Positions 24,981-33,886 of a stretch of 64,000 nucleotides of DNA are shown here, piece by piece. Where the stretch lies: assembly GCA_003155135.1 (NCBI GenBank), contig PMFN01000015.1:15747-79746 (forward strand), given 5' to 3'. The notes under the pieces were generated by a model. The model worked only from the letters and a program-made list of their open reading frames with translations, ran no database searches and was not told the origin of the DNA. Numbering within the stretch: position 1 is the stretch's first letter; each line of letters begins with the position of its first letter. This DNA comes from Acidimicrobiaceae bacterium. Its GTDB lineage: Bacteria; Actinomycetota; Acidimicrobiia; Acidimicrobiales; RAAP-2. Made by a program: the position numbers and the translations under genes.

Positions 24981-26118
24981 CGATCGCGCTGGTCCAGCCC
25001 TGCGCCACCGTGGCTTCGGCCTGGGTGATCTGCGCCTCCGTCGGGAACGTGAGCGGTCCTGACGGGGCGGCAGGCAGTGCCTTGTAGGCCGCCTCGTCCA
25101 CCGAGCCGCTCTTCACCATCGACGGAAGCTCGATGGGCCGGGCCTCACCTTGGAGCCACAGGTTCTGCCCCGTGGCCGAGTAGAGGTACTCCTCCCACAG
25201 TCGGGCCGCCGCCGGGTCCGGCGCCGTCTTGCTGATGGCCTGGCTGTAGTAGCCGGCGTAGCTCGCGTCCGAGGGGATCACGACCTTCCAACCCGGGTAC
25301 TGCTTTGCCACCTCTGATGCTTCGAGGTAGTCCCACCAGATGAGAATCGGCGTCTGGCCGCTCTCGACGGTCGACGGCCCTCCGGTCACCGGGACGAAGT
25401 TGCCCTCGCTGCTCAGCTTGTGGAAGTACTCGATTCCCGGCTCGATGTTGTCGTACGAGCCGCCGTTCGCCAGCGCCGCCGCGTACACCGCAGCAAAAGC
25501 GGCACCCGCCTGCGTGGGATTCCCGTTCAGGGCGACCTGGTTTTTGTACTCGGGATTGAGCAGGTCGGCGAATGAGGTCGGTGCGTGCTTGACTACCTTC
25601 GAGTTGTAGCCGATCGCCACGTAGCCGCCGTAGTCGTCGAACCAGGTTGCGTCTTTCGACTTGGCGATGGCGGGGATGTCGCTCCATTCGACAACCTTGT
25701 ACGGCGCGAGCAGGCCGTCCTGGTCGGCGGTGATGGCGAACGACGTGCCGAGGTCCAAGACGTCGGGGGCTCGGCTCTGTCCCTTCAGTTCGGTAACAGC
25801 ATTGATCTCGTCCTGGCTCGTGCCGTCGGGATTGGCGGAGTTGACCTTGATCCCGTACTTCTTCGAGAAGTCCTTGATGATGTTCCCGTAGTTGGCCCAG
25901 TCCGCCGGGAGGGTGATCACGTTGAGCGTGCCCTCCTTCTTGGCGGCGGCGACAAGGCCTTCCATACCACCGAAGGCGGCGACCGACGTGGCTGTGGCAG
26001 CGTCGGTCGACGCTCCCACGGTGGGTGTGATGACGAAGCTCATGGCAACAGCAGCGACCCCGGCTAGTGCCGGGGCGACTCGGTTTTTCCTGCTCCTGGC
26101 CACCCTTGCGTTGCGCAT
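24973..26118 (-). CDS. ABC transporter periplasmic/extracellular solute-binding protein (family 1, polyamine/iron-like)
   Basis: Starts at ATG 26118 (MRNARVARSRKNRVAPALAGVAAVAM, a signal-like head) with GGAGA upstream. The mature part (KKEGTLNVITLPADWANYG, ILIWWDYL) is typical of PotD/AfuA-like binding proteins. The substrate cannot be read from the sequence. Confidence 0.85.
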   Translation of the reverse strand: MRNARVARSRKNRVAPALAGVAAVAMSFVITPTVGASTDAATATSVAAFGGMEGLVAAAKKEGTLNVITLPADWANYGNIIKDFSKKYGIKVNSANPDGTSQDEINAVTELKGQSRAPDVLDLGTSFAITADQDGLLAPYKVVEWSDIPAIAKSKDATWFDDYGGYVAIGYNSKVVKHAPTSFADLLNPEYKNQVALNGNPTQAGAAFAAVYAAALANGGSYDNIEPGIEYFHKLSSEGNFVPVTGGPSTVESGQTPILIWWDYLEASEVAKQYPGWKVVIPSDASYAGYYSQAISKTAPDPAAARLWEEYLYSATGQNLWLQGEARPIELPSMVKSGSVDEAAYKALPAAPSGPLTFPTEAQITQAEATVAQGWTSAIGG

Positions 26119-26446
26119 CCGGTCTCCGTTTCTCGGGCTTGTGGTGGAATCGACTTGTCCCGACAACGCGAACGTAACGACGCAAGGTGAACAGACCGAG
26201 TGCAGCGCGCGTCGGGCCGGGAATCCGCCGGTGAACACTCGCGGCGCTCGGCGTAACACGGCGGACGCGTGGCGCGAGGGGCTCAGGCGCCGACGACAAG
26301 CGCTTTGCCGCCGCCGCAGGTTCCCTCGCCGTTTGAGAGGTCCTTTCGCGGGTGACGGCTCGCACGGTTCGACACTCGTTGTCCGAGTGGTCGTCACCGT
26401 GCGTTCACCGCCCCCGCGGCTGGCCGCCCCGGTGACGACCTCGGTT

Positions 26447-27328
26447 TCAAGCAGCGGGCGGACCGTCGGGGTGCTGGGATGCGGCGGCAACGGGGTCGAG
26501 GTCCGAGATCGTCAGCAGGTGCCCGGGCTCCTCGGGGAAGGCCAGCTCGGAGGTGACCGAGAGGTCCGCACCAACGTGCACCAGCTCGCCGGACTCGAGG
26601 AGCCGCCATCCCTGCTCGCCGTCCATTGCCTCGCTCGCCACGACGACCGATCTCCGGCGCTCGAGGTGCTCAGCGCGTGCCCGGAGCCGGCTGCCGGTCA
26701 CGTCCAGGCCCCCCCCACCCGTGCCCCCGGCGTCGCGTTCGAGCACGAAGAGCGAGTGGGTCGACGGGTAGCGAAGGGCCCACAGCTCGTGGGGCGTCGT
26801 GAGCACGAGATTGAGCGAGTACACGCCGAGGTGCTCGCTCACCCAGCTGAGCGCGGCCCGCAGGCCCGCCCCCACGTCGCCTTCGTGCCGGGCCGTCTCG
26901 GCGGAGACCAGCGCGAAGACGCGCTCGCTGTCCGTGTCACCGTGCACCAGCGCGCCGGCGCCGAGCTCTCGCAGGTGGGCGTCGAGCTGGTCGGTCCCCT
27001 GCACCACGCCGTTGTGGGCGAACAGCCGCCCGTCTTGGAGGAACGGGTGGGTGTTGGCCACAGTGTTCGAACCCGTGCTGGCGTGGCGGACATGGGCCAC
27101 GAAGGTGGTGCCGTGCAGCTCGTGGGCCTCTTCGGCGAATGCGGGGTCGTTCCAAGCCGCCAGGGGTTGCTTGTCGACGACGGGCGCGCCGTCTTTGTCG
27201 AAGACGCCGATACCCGCGCCGTCGGGGTTGCGACGGCTCTGCGCCGCGAGGCTGTCGGGGGCCCCCACCAACCAGAAGGTCGCCGTGACGGGGCTCCTCC
27301 CGGCATGGAGGCCGAACAATCGACACAT
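26447..27328 (-). CDS. class II (Ntn) glutamine amidotransferase domain protein (YafJ/EgtC-like)
   Basis: Starts at ATG 27328 with GAGGAGG upstream, giving MCRLFG with the Cys2 nucleophile. Contains RNPDGAGIG and HVRHASTG..NTHPF. Confidence 0.85.
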   Translation of the reverse strand: MCRLFGLHAGRSPVTATFWLVGAPDSLAAQSRRNPDGAGIGVFDKDGAPVVDKQPLAAWNDPAFAEEAHELHGTTFVAHVRHASTGSNTVANTHPFLQDGRLFAHNGVVQGTDQLDAHLRELGAGALVHGDTDSERVFALVSAETARHEGDVGAGLRAALSWVSEHLGVYSLNLVLTTPHELWALRYPSTHSLFVLERDAGGTGGGGLDVTGSRLRARAEHLERRRSVVVASEAMDGEQGWRLLESGELVHVGADLSVTSELAFPEEPGHLLTISDLDPVAAASQHPDGPPAA

Positions 27329-27414
27329 GGTGCACCTCCTCGGTTGACGCGTCGCCAAGGACACCGGCCCCACCGGGCCTCGCGCACTCTTACCTCACCG
27401 TGCCCCTCCGGCCA

Positions 27415-27439
27415 GGAGAAGGGCCAAAAGGCCCTGATC
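27415..27439. repeat. copy 2 of the shared intergenic motif GGAGAAGG-GCCAAAAGGCCCTG-ATC; forms a 6-bp stem with a 4-nt loop
   Basis: Read directly. On the minus strand it reads GATCAGGGCCTTTTGGCCCTTCTCC, 48 nt downstream of the monooxygenase stop. It may act there as an intrinsic terminator. Confidence 0.5.
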
Positions 27440-27483
27440 TGTGACCATGGGCGCTGGACCCTGATCCCCGCCCCGTCTGCCGC

Positions 27484-29025
27484 TCAGTTGACGACGGCCA
27501 CCCCGCGGGCGGCATCGTCCATGTCGCTGCTGCCGTCGCCGTCGCCGTCGTCGAAGGCCATCTGGTCGTCGAGCGGTCCGCGGCGGAGCATCATGATGTC
27601 GAGCGGGTAGTTCTGGTGCAGGCGCCAAGGCATCGTGGCGGCCTGCTTGGGCAACCGGTCGACCGAGCGACGCACATAGCCCGACGTGAGGTCCATCAAC
27701 GGGATCCTCGGGACCTGCGGATCGGGTGGGATGGGCCGGCACGAGCGGGCACCGCGCTCGTCCATGTAGTTGAGGAGCCGGCAGACGTAGCGGGCGGCGA
27801 GGTCCGCCTTGAGCGTCCACGACGCGTTGGTGTAACCGATCGTGAAGGCGAGATTGGGAACACCGCACAGCATGATGCCCTTGTAGGCCACCGACTCGGC
27901 GAGGTCGAGGGGGCGCCCGTCGACGGTGATGGCCATGCCCCCGAGCATCTGCATGTTGAGCCCGGTCGCGCTGACGATGATGTCCGCGTCGAGGGTCGCG
28001 CCCGAGTCGAGGAGCACGCCGTCTCCGGTCAGCCGCTCGATCTGCCCGGTCACGACCGACGCCCGCCCGCTGCTCAATGCCTTGAAGAGGTCGCCGTCGG
28101 GAACGAAGCAGAGCCGCTGGTCCCATGGGCTGTAGCGGGGGCTGAAGTGGGTTTCCACGTCGAAGTCGGCCGGGAGCTGGCTCGCCACACCCTTCTTCAA
28201 GAGCCGCGCCATCAGCCTGGGTGCACGCCGGCACAGCTGGTAGACGAAGGTGGTGAGCACCACGTTCTTCCACCGCACCAACGGGTAGGCGAGCCGCTCG
28301 GGCAGCAGGTGCCGCAGCAGGTCGGCGATGCCATCGTGCTCGGGCAATGACATGACGTAGCTCGGTGAGCGCTGCAGCATCGTGACGTGCGATGCGCGCG
28401 CGGCCAGCGCCGGGACGAGCGTGACGGCGGTGGCGCCGCTGCCGATGACCACCACCGAGCGGTCCTCCCACTCGAGGTCGGCCGGCCAGTGCTGGGGGTG
28501 GACGATGCGCCCACCGAAGTCCGAGGCGCCCTCGAAGCGCGGGCTGTAGCCCTCGTCGTAGCGGTAGTAGCCGGTATTCCCGTAGAGAAATCGGCACGTG
28601 AGGCGCTCGAGCTCGCCGGACTCGGCGTTCTCCACCTCGACGGTCCAACGGGCGTCGGATGACGACCAGGCGGCACGCACCACCCGGCGGTGGTAGCGGA
28701 CGCGGCGGTCGACCCCGTGCTGGTGGGCGGCCGCCCTGATGTAGCGAAGGATCGAGGGGCCGTCGGCGATGGCCTTGGCCTCGCGCCACGGGCGGAACGA
28801 GTAGCCGAGCGTGAACATGTCCGAGTCCGAGCGCACGCCGGGGTAGCGGAACAGGTCCCACGTCCCACCGCTCTCGGCGCGTGCCTCGAGGATCACGAAG
28901 CGCTTGCCCGGGCACTCTGCCTGGAGGTGGCAGGCGGCGCCGATGCCCGACAGCCCGGCACCGACGATCACGACGTCGAAGTCCTCGCCCCCCTCGCTGG
29001 TCACCGCACGAGTGTAGGCACCCAC
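27484..29025 (-). CDS. flavin-containing Baeyer-Villiger-type monooxygenase (EthA-like)
   Basis: Contains FDVVIVGAGLSGIGAA (FAD), the BVMO fingerprint FGGRIVHPQHWP, and VVVIGSGATAV (NADPH). The start is GTG 29025 or GTG 29004, which is 11 or 32 nt after the cysA stop. Confidence 0.88.
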   Translation of the reverse strand: MGAYTRAVTSEGGEDFDVVIVGAGLSGIGAACHLQAECPGKRFVILEARAESGGTWDLFRYPGVRSDSDMFTLGYSFRPWREAKAIADGPSILRYIRAAAHQHGVDRRVRYHRRVVRAAWSSSDARWTVEVENAESGELERLTCRFLYGNTGYYRYDEGYSPRFEGASDFGGRIVHPQHWPADLEWEDRSVVVIGSGATAVTLVPALAARASHVTMLQRSPSYVMSLPEHDGIADLLRHLLPERLAYPLVRWKNVVLTTFVYQLCRRAPRLMARLLKKGVASQLPADFDVETHFSPRYSPWDQRLCFVPDGDLFKALSSGRASVVTGQIERLTGDGVLLDSGATLDADIIVSATGLNMQMLGGMAITVDGRPLDLAESVAYKGIMLCGVPNLAFTIGYTNASWTLKADLAARYVCRLLNYMDERGARSCRPIPPDPQVPRIPLMDLTSGYVRRSVDRLPKQAATMPWRLHQNYPLDIMMLRRGPLDDQMAFDDGDGDGSSDMDDAARGVAVVN

Positions 29026-29036
29026 CGCCCGGGCGT

Positions 29037-30032
29037 TCAGGAGACCGAGAGCGACGCCACGTCGCGCAGGCCACCGCGACGCCGCTGCTGTGCGCTTGCG
29101 CTGTGCGACACCCAGACCCGCTCGCCCTCGGTGAGCCCGAGCACTCCGACGTCGGGGCGGGTGAGCTGGGCCCACGCGGCGCCAGCGCCTTCGACGTCCA
29201 GGTCCACCCGCACCTCGAAGCCCAGATGGGTGATCCGCTGCACCAAGGCCCGACGGCCGCCGGGCACAGGCTCGCGGTGCAGTGCCAGGTCGTGGGGTCG
29301 CACCGCCACCCCGTCGAGCTCGGTGACCGGGCCGAGGAAGCGCAGCACGAAGTCGCTCGCCGGGCGGTCATAGAGGTCGGTCGGTGCCCCGACCTGCTCC
29401 AGGCGCCCCTCGTTGATGACGGCGAGCTGGTCTGCCACCTCCATGGCTTCGTCCTGGTCGTGGGTGACCAACAGCGTGGTGACCGAGATCTGCTCATGGA
29501 GGTCGCGCAGCCACGAGCGCAGCTCCTCGCGCACCTGGGCGTCGAGGGCGCCGAACGGCTCATCGAGGAGCAGGACCGTGGGCTCGATGGCCAGCGCCCG
29601 GGCCAGGGCCATCCGCTGGCGCTGGCCGCCGGAGAGCTGCGACGGGTAGCGCTCGGCGAGATGCTCGATGTGCACCAGCTCGAGCAACTCGTCCACCCGC
29701 CGGCGGATCTCGGCCTTGGGCCGCCGTCGGACCTCGAGGCCGAATGCGACGTTGCGGCGCACGCTCAGGTGGCGGAACGGCGCGTAGTGCTGGAAGCAGA
29801 ACCCAATGCCCCGCTCGCGTGCGGGGAGGCCGGTGACGTCTCGCCCGTCGATCTCGATTGAGCCGTTGTCGGGCGTCTCGAGGCCCGCCACCACGCGCAG
29901 CAGCGTCGACTTCCCGCCGCCGCTCGGCCCGAGCAGCGCGGTGAGGGAGCCCTCGGGGACGTCGAGGGTCACCCCGTCAAGAGCAGGTGTGGCTCCGAAT
30001 CGCTTTGAGACCGATCTGATCGCGATCGCCAT
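29037..30032 (-). CDS. cysA: sulfate/thiosulfate ABC transporter ATP-binding protein
   Basis: Begins [13 protein letters not shown]. Walker [10 protein letters not shown], signature LSGGQRQR, Walker B LLLDEP. It is the last gene of the subI-cysT-cysW-cysA order. Confidence 0.9.
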   Translation of the reverse strand: MAIAIRSVSKRFGATPALDGVTLDVPEGSLTALLGPSGGGKSTLLRVVAGLETPDNGSIEIDGRDVTGLPARERGIGFCFQHYAPFRHLSVRRNVAFGLEVRRRPKAEIRRRVDELLELVHIEHLAERYPSQLSGGQRQRMALARALAIEPTVLLLDEPFGALDAQVREELRSWLRDLHEQISVTTLLVTHDQDEAMEVADQLAVINEGRLEQVGAPTDLYDRPASDFVLRFLGPVTELDGVAVRPHDLALHREPVPGGRRALVQRITHLGFEVRVDLDVEGAGAAWAQLTRPDVGVLGLTEGERVWVSHSASAQQRRRGGLRDVASLSVS

Positions 30033-30829
30033 CGGGGTCCCCTCTCTTTCTTCTCGGCACTCATGACGGCAAGGACAAACAGGGCGAGCAGGGCGAGCAG
30101 GACCGCCCCGGCGTAGGCCGCCGTCGAGTTCAGGTTCTCCACGCTGTTGGAGATGAACAGGGTCATCGTCTGGGTCTTGCCGGTGATATTCCCCGAGACG
30201 ACGACCACGGCACCGAACTCGCCGAGGACGCGTGCCGTCGTGAGCGTCACGCCGTAGGCGAGCCCCCGACGGATCGAGGGAAGGGTGACCCGCGAGAAGA
30301 CGGCCGCGGGCCCTGCCCCGAGGGTGGCGGCCGCCTCCTCCTGGTCGGTGCCGATCTCGAGCAGCACCGGCAGGACGGAGCGCACCACATAGGGGAGGGA
30401 CACGACCGCGGACGCCATGACGATCCCCGGCACTGCGTAGATGACGGTGATGCCGGCGGCGGCCAGGGGGCGGCCGAACCAGCCCGTCTGACCGTAGGCG
30501 AGGACCAGGGCGAGACCGACGACCACCGGCGACACGGCGAGCGGGATGTCGATGAGCGCGTCCAAGAGCCACGCACCGCGGAATCGGTGGCGGGCGAGGA
30601 TGAGGGCTACGCCCACCCCGAAGACCGTGTTGAGGGGCACGGCGATGAGGGCTACCACCAAAGTGAGCCAGAGGGCATGGAGGGCGTCGGGCGTGGTGAT
30701 GGCGACCCAGGCGGCGACGAAGCCGTGGGCGAAGGCACGGTAGAAGACGGAGCCGACCGGGACGACGATGAGCAGTGCGAGGTAAGAGAGGGCCACCACC
30801 CGCACCGGCCAGCGCGACCTGGCGGTCAT
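29969..30829 (-). CDS. cysW: sulfate ABC transporter permease
   Basis: ATG 30829 overlaps the cysT stop (ATGA). Hydrophobic, with the loop [27 protein letters not shown]. Its R/S-rich tail overlaps the cysA start by 64 nt. Confidence 0.88.
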   Translation of the reverse strand: MTARSRWPVRVVALSYLALLIVVPVGSVFYRAFAHGFVAAWVAITTPDALHALWLTLVVALIAVPLNTVFGVGVALILARHRFRGAWLLDALIDIPLAVSPVVVGLALVLAYGQTGWFGRPLAAAGITVIYAVPGIVMASAVVSLPYVVRSVLPVLLEIGTDQEEAAATLGAGPAAVFSRVTLPSIRRGLAYGVTLTTARVLGEFGAVVVVSGNITGKTQTMTLFISNSVENLNSTAAYAGAVLLALLALFVLAVMSAEKKERGPRWRSRSDRSQSDSEPHLLLTG

Positions 30830-31698
30830 ACCGACTCCGCCACGCCGAAGCGGCGGCGCACCAGGCCGATGCCGACCAGCACGAACAGGGCAATGAGCAC
30901 CAGCACCACCGAGACGGCCGCGGCGGCCGAGAGGTCGCCGCTCTGTGAGAGCGAGTAGATCCACGACGAGGCGACCTCGGTGTGGAACGGCAGGTTGCCC
31001 GAGATGAGGACCACCGAGCCGAACTCGCCGACCGCCCGAGCGAACGCGAGGCCCGCGCCGGCGAGGAGGGCCGGCGCGATGCTCGGCAGGACCACCCGGC
31101 GCACCACGCCGGCGGGCGACGCGCCGAGGGTCGCCGCCGCCTCTTCGGTCTCGCGGTCGAGCTCGGCGAGGACGGGCTGGACCGAACGGACGGCGAAGGG
31201 CAGCGTCACGAAGGCCAGCGCCAGCAGGATCCCCGCCGGCGTCCCCGCCACATTGACCCCGAAGGGGCTGTTGGGGCCGTAGAGGCTGAGCAGCGTCAGC
31301 CCGGCCACGATGGTCGGGAGGGCGAAGGGGAGGTCGATGAGCGCGCCCACGACCTTGATGCCGGGGAAGTCGTCGCGCACGAGCATCCAGGCGATGACGA
31401 GCCCGAGCACGGAGTTCACGGCAGCGACGGCGAGCGAGCAGAGCAGGGTCAAGCGGAGGGCGGCGACGGCCTCGGGCTGGCTGACCGCCTGCCAGAAGGC
31501 GCCCGGGCCCGAGCTGAACGCCGAGGAGAGCACCGCGGCCAAGGGCAACAGTACGAGGAGGCTCAGGTAGGTGACGGCAAGCCCCGGCCCGGCGAGCCGT
31601 GCAGCCATCCGGCGGATGCGCCGAGGCATGGTCGCCGGTCCGTTCGCGGCCTCAGCCGGGCGACTCGTGATGGTCCGTTCCTCGAGTCGCGTGCTCAC
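30826..31698 (-). CDS. cysT: sulfate ABC transporter permease
   Basis: The GTG start at 31698 follows the binding-protein stop after a 6-nt gap. Contains [27 protein letters not shown] and is hydrophobic throughout. Confidence 0.88.
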   Translation of the reverse strand: MSTRLEERTITSRPAEAANGPATMPRRIRRMAARLAGPGLAVTYLSLLVLLPLAAVLSSAFSSGPGAFWQAVSQPEAVAALRLTLLCSLAVAAVNSVLGLVIAWMLVRDDFPGIKVVGALIDLPFALPTIVAGLTLLSLYGPNSPFGVNVAGTPAGILLALAFVTLPFAVRSVQPVLAELDRETEEAAATLGASPAGVVRRVVLPSIAPALLAGAGLAFARAVGEFGSVVLISGNLPFHTEVASSWIYSLSQSGDLSAAAAVSVVLVLIALFVLVGIGLVRRRFGVAESV

Positions 31699-31704
31699 CG
31701 AGGC

Positions 31705-32727
31705 TCAGCCGCTCGACGTCGAGACGCCGAGGCCTGCTTCGATCTTGGCCACCTTGCCCGTCTCGGGGTCGAAAAACGAGCCGTTGACCTTGGTCCAGCC
31801 GCCCAGGCTCTCGATCGTGAACAGCTTCTCCGGCTTCGGGAACGAGAACTGCTTCGCCACGCTCGCCAGCACCGGGCGGTACCCCTGCTGGCCCCAGATC
31901 TTCTGGCCGGCCGGCGTCAAGAGGAACGCCACGAACGCCTTGGCGGCGGCTGGGTCGGCTGCCTTGGTGGTAACGGCGATCGGGTTCTCGATGAGGATCG
32001 TCTGGGGTGGTGTCACGATCGAGATCGGCTCGCCTTGGCGCTGGGCGTAGAGGGCGTCGTCCTCGTAGTCGAGGAGCACGTCACCTTGTCCCGAGAGGAA
32101 CGTCTGGAGCGCATTGGATGCACTGCTCGGCTGGGCGACCACGTGCTTGAACAGGTCACTTAGGTACGACGTGGCCGCCGTCTGGCTCTTGCCCTGGGCG
32201 AGCTGTGCGCCGTAGGCGGCCATCAGGTTCCACTTCGCGCTCCCCGAGCTGAAGGGGTTCGGCGTGATGACCTTCACGCCCGACTTCACGAGATCGGCCC
32301 AGGAGGTGATGTGCTTCGGATTCCCCTTGCGCACCACGAACGAGACGATCGAGTCGGTGACCATGCCCTTGGTCGGGCCCGAGTCCCATGACGGCGACAC
32401 CAGACCGGCCTTGACGACCTTGTCCATGTCAGAAGAGAGCGAGAAGTTGACGACATCGGCCGGCAGCCCCGACGCCACGTCCGTTGCCTGGGTACCCGAC
32501 GGCCCGTAGGACTGCGAGAACGACACGCCCGTGCCGGAGGAGGTCTTCGCGAATGCGCTGATCAGGGCGGCGAAGGCGGGCTTGGGCGTCGAATAGGCGA
32601 CGAGGGCGACGTTCCCGCCGGCGGCTCCAGCAGGCAGGGTCGCTGCACACGTGGCGAACAGCGCCACGAGGAGGCCGACAGCGGAGGAGGGAAGGACGCG
32701 GGCGCGTGAACCGAGGAAGTTACTCAT
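31705..32727 (-). CDS. subI: sulfate-binding protein
   Basis: Contains NVALVAYSTPKPAF, VITPNPFSSGSAKWNLMAAY and VLLDYEDDA, typical of Sbp/SubI. I prefer ATG 32727 (MSNFLGSRARVL, a signal-like head). The nine codons upstream to 32754 are AT-rich and unlike the rest of the genome's coding sequence. Confidence 0.88.
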   Translation of the reverse strand: MSNFLGSRARVLPSSAVGLLVALFATCAATLPAGAAGGNVALVAYSTPKPAFAALISAFAKTSSGTGVSFSQSYGPSGTQATDVASGLPADVVNFSLSSDMDKVVKAGLVSPSWDSGPTKGMVTDSIVSFVVRKGNPKHITSWADLVKSGVKVITPNPFSSGSAKWNLMAAYGAQLAQGKSQTAATSYLSDLFKHVVAQPSSASNALQTFLSGQGDVLLDYEDDALYAQRQGEPISIVTPPQTILIENPIAVTTKAADPAAAKAFVAFLLTPAGQKIWGQQGYRPVLASVAKQFSFPKPEKLFTIESLGGWTKVNGSFFDPETGKVAKIEAGLGVSTSSG

Positions 32728-32737
32728 AGAGCTATAG

Positions 32738-33880
32738 ATGACCAGATTAGTCATACTTCATGCAAAAGCCCAGCCGTCGTCGCGTGTGCTTCGCTATGCC
32801 GTGCCCGTTTCCGCCCCCCGGCGCTCACCCGCCCTCCTCTTCGGCCTCGCTGCGGTGCTCCTGCTGGCTGCGGGCTGTGCGGGGTCGGCGAGTGGTGCCG
32901 GTTCTGCGAAGACGGTCACGGCGACCGGCATCGCGGTTCGCTCAGCGGGCTGCGCCCAACCTGCGGGGCCCGAGCAAACCGAGAGCCGCCAGAGCATCGA
33001 CGTCGGGGGCGTGGCGCGCTGGTACCTCCTCAGCACCCCGTCGCCGCCCACGCCGGGCCCGCTGCGCGCTGAGAAGGGATCGCCGGTGGCGAGGCCCCTC
33101 GTGCTCGACTTCCACGGCCTCGGCGAGGGTGCCATCCTCCACGCGACGACCTCGGGTTTCGGGACCCTCGGGCAGAGGGACGGCTTCGATGTGGCCTTCC
33201 CGAACGGCACGGGGACCCCAGTGCAGTGGGACACGGGCGACGAGCGTGCGACCAATCCCGATCTCGAGTTCGTGCGAGCCCTGCTCGACCAGATCGAGTC
33301 GACCACGTGCATCGACACCTCACGGGTCTACGCCAGCGGCTTCTCGGACGGCTCGTTCATGGTGTCGCTCCTCGCCTGCACCATGTCCCGTCGCATCACC
33401 GCCATCGGGGCTGTGTCGGGCCTGCAGCTACCGACTCCGTGCCCCACCACCCGGAGGGTCCCCGTCATCACGTTCCACGGGACCGCCGACCCGATCGTGT
33501 TCTTCAACGGGGGTATCGGCACCGCCACGCTCGGCCGCCTGTTCGGGCAAAGCCCGGCGACGACCGCCCCGGCGACCACAACCACCACCGCCCTGGCCAA
33601 CCTCAATGGTGCGGGCATCCCGGCGACCGTCCGCGGCTGGGCGAAGAAGGACGGTTGCGACGGGAGGGCCACCAACACGAGGCTGGACAGCCAGGTCGTC
33701 CAGCGCACCTACCGGTGCCCGCCGGGTGCAGGCGTGGTGTTCTACATCATCCTCGGCGGGGGCCACGCATGGCCTGGCAGTGCCTTCAGCCGGTCGATCA
33801 GCGCCATCACCGGCTTCACCACCTTCCAGGTGGACGCCACCACGACCATGTGGTCGTTCTTCAAGCGCTTCGCGCTCTGA
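32738..33880 (+). CDS. secreted esterase lipoprotein, PHB-depolymerase/LpqC-like alpha/beta hydrolase
   Basis: A lipobox-type signal (LLFGLAAVLLLAAGCAG) and the nucleophile elbow SGFSDGSFM, plus VITFHGTADP. The true start probably lies at GTG 32786 or 32801 rather than ATG 32738. Confidence 0.75.
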   Translation: MTRLVILHAKAQPSSRVLRYAVPVSAPRRSPALLFGLAAVLLLAAGCAGSASGAGSAKTVTATGIAVRSAGCAQPAGPEQTESRQSIDVGGVARWYLLSTPSPPTPGPLRAEKGSPVARPLVLDFHGLGEGAILHATTSGFGTLGQRDGFDVAFPNGTGTPVQWDTGDERATNPDLEFVRALLDQIESTTCIDTSRVYASGFSDGSFMVSLLACTMSRRITAIGAVSGLQLPTPCPTTRRVPVITFHGTADPIVFFNGGIGTATLGRLFGQSPATTAPATTTTTALANLNGAGIPATVRGWAKKDGCDGRATNTRLDSQVVQRTYRCPPGAGVVFYIILGGGHAWPGSAFSRSISAITGFTTFQVDATTTMWSFFKRFAL

Positions 33881-33886
33881 GCGGGC

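Noticed and set aside
26119-26446. A known riboswitch class (cobalamin, TPP, SAM-IV, glycine) in the long leader of the ABC operon
   Set aside because: I looked for the conserved cores (B12 box / GCCACTG, CTGAGA...ACCTGA, and others) on the minus strand and found none. It is kept only as an unexplained structured gap.
29969-30032. The 64-nt cysW/cysA overlap as a sign of a frameshift or mis-assembly
   Set aside because: cysA starts with a canonical [13 protein letters not shown] head. The cysW membrane core is complete before the overlap, and the overlapping cysW tail is an R/S-rich non-conserved extension caused by a late stop codon.
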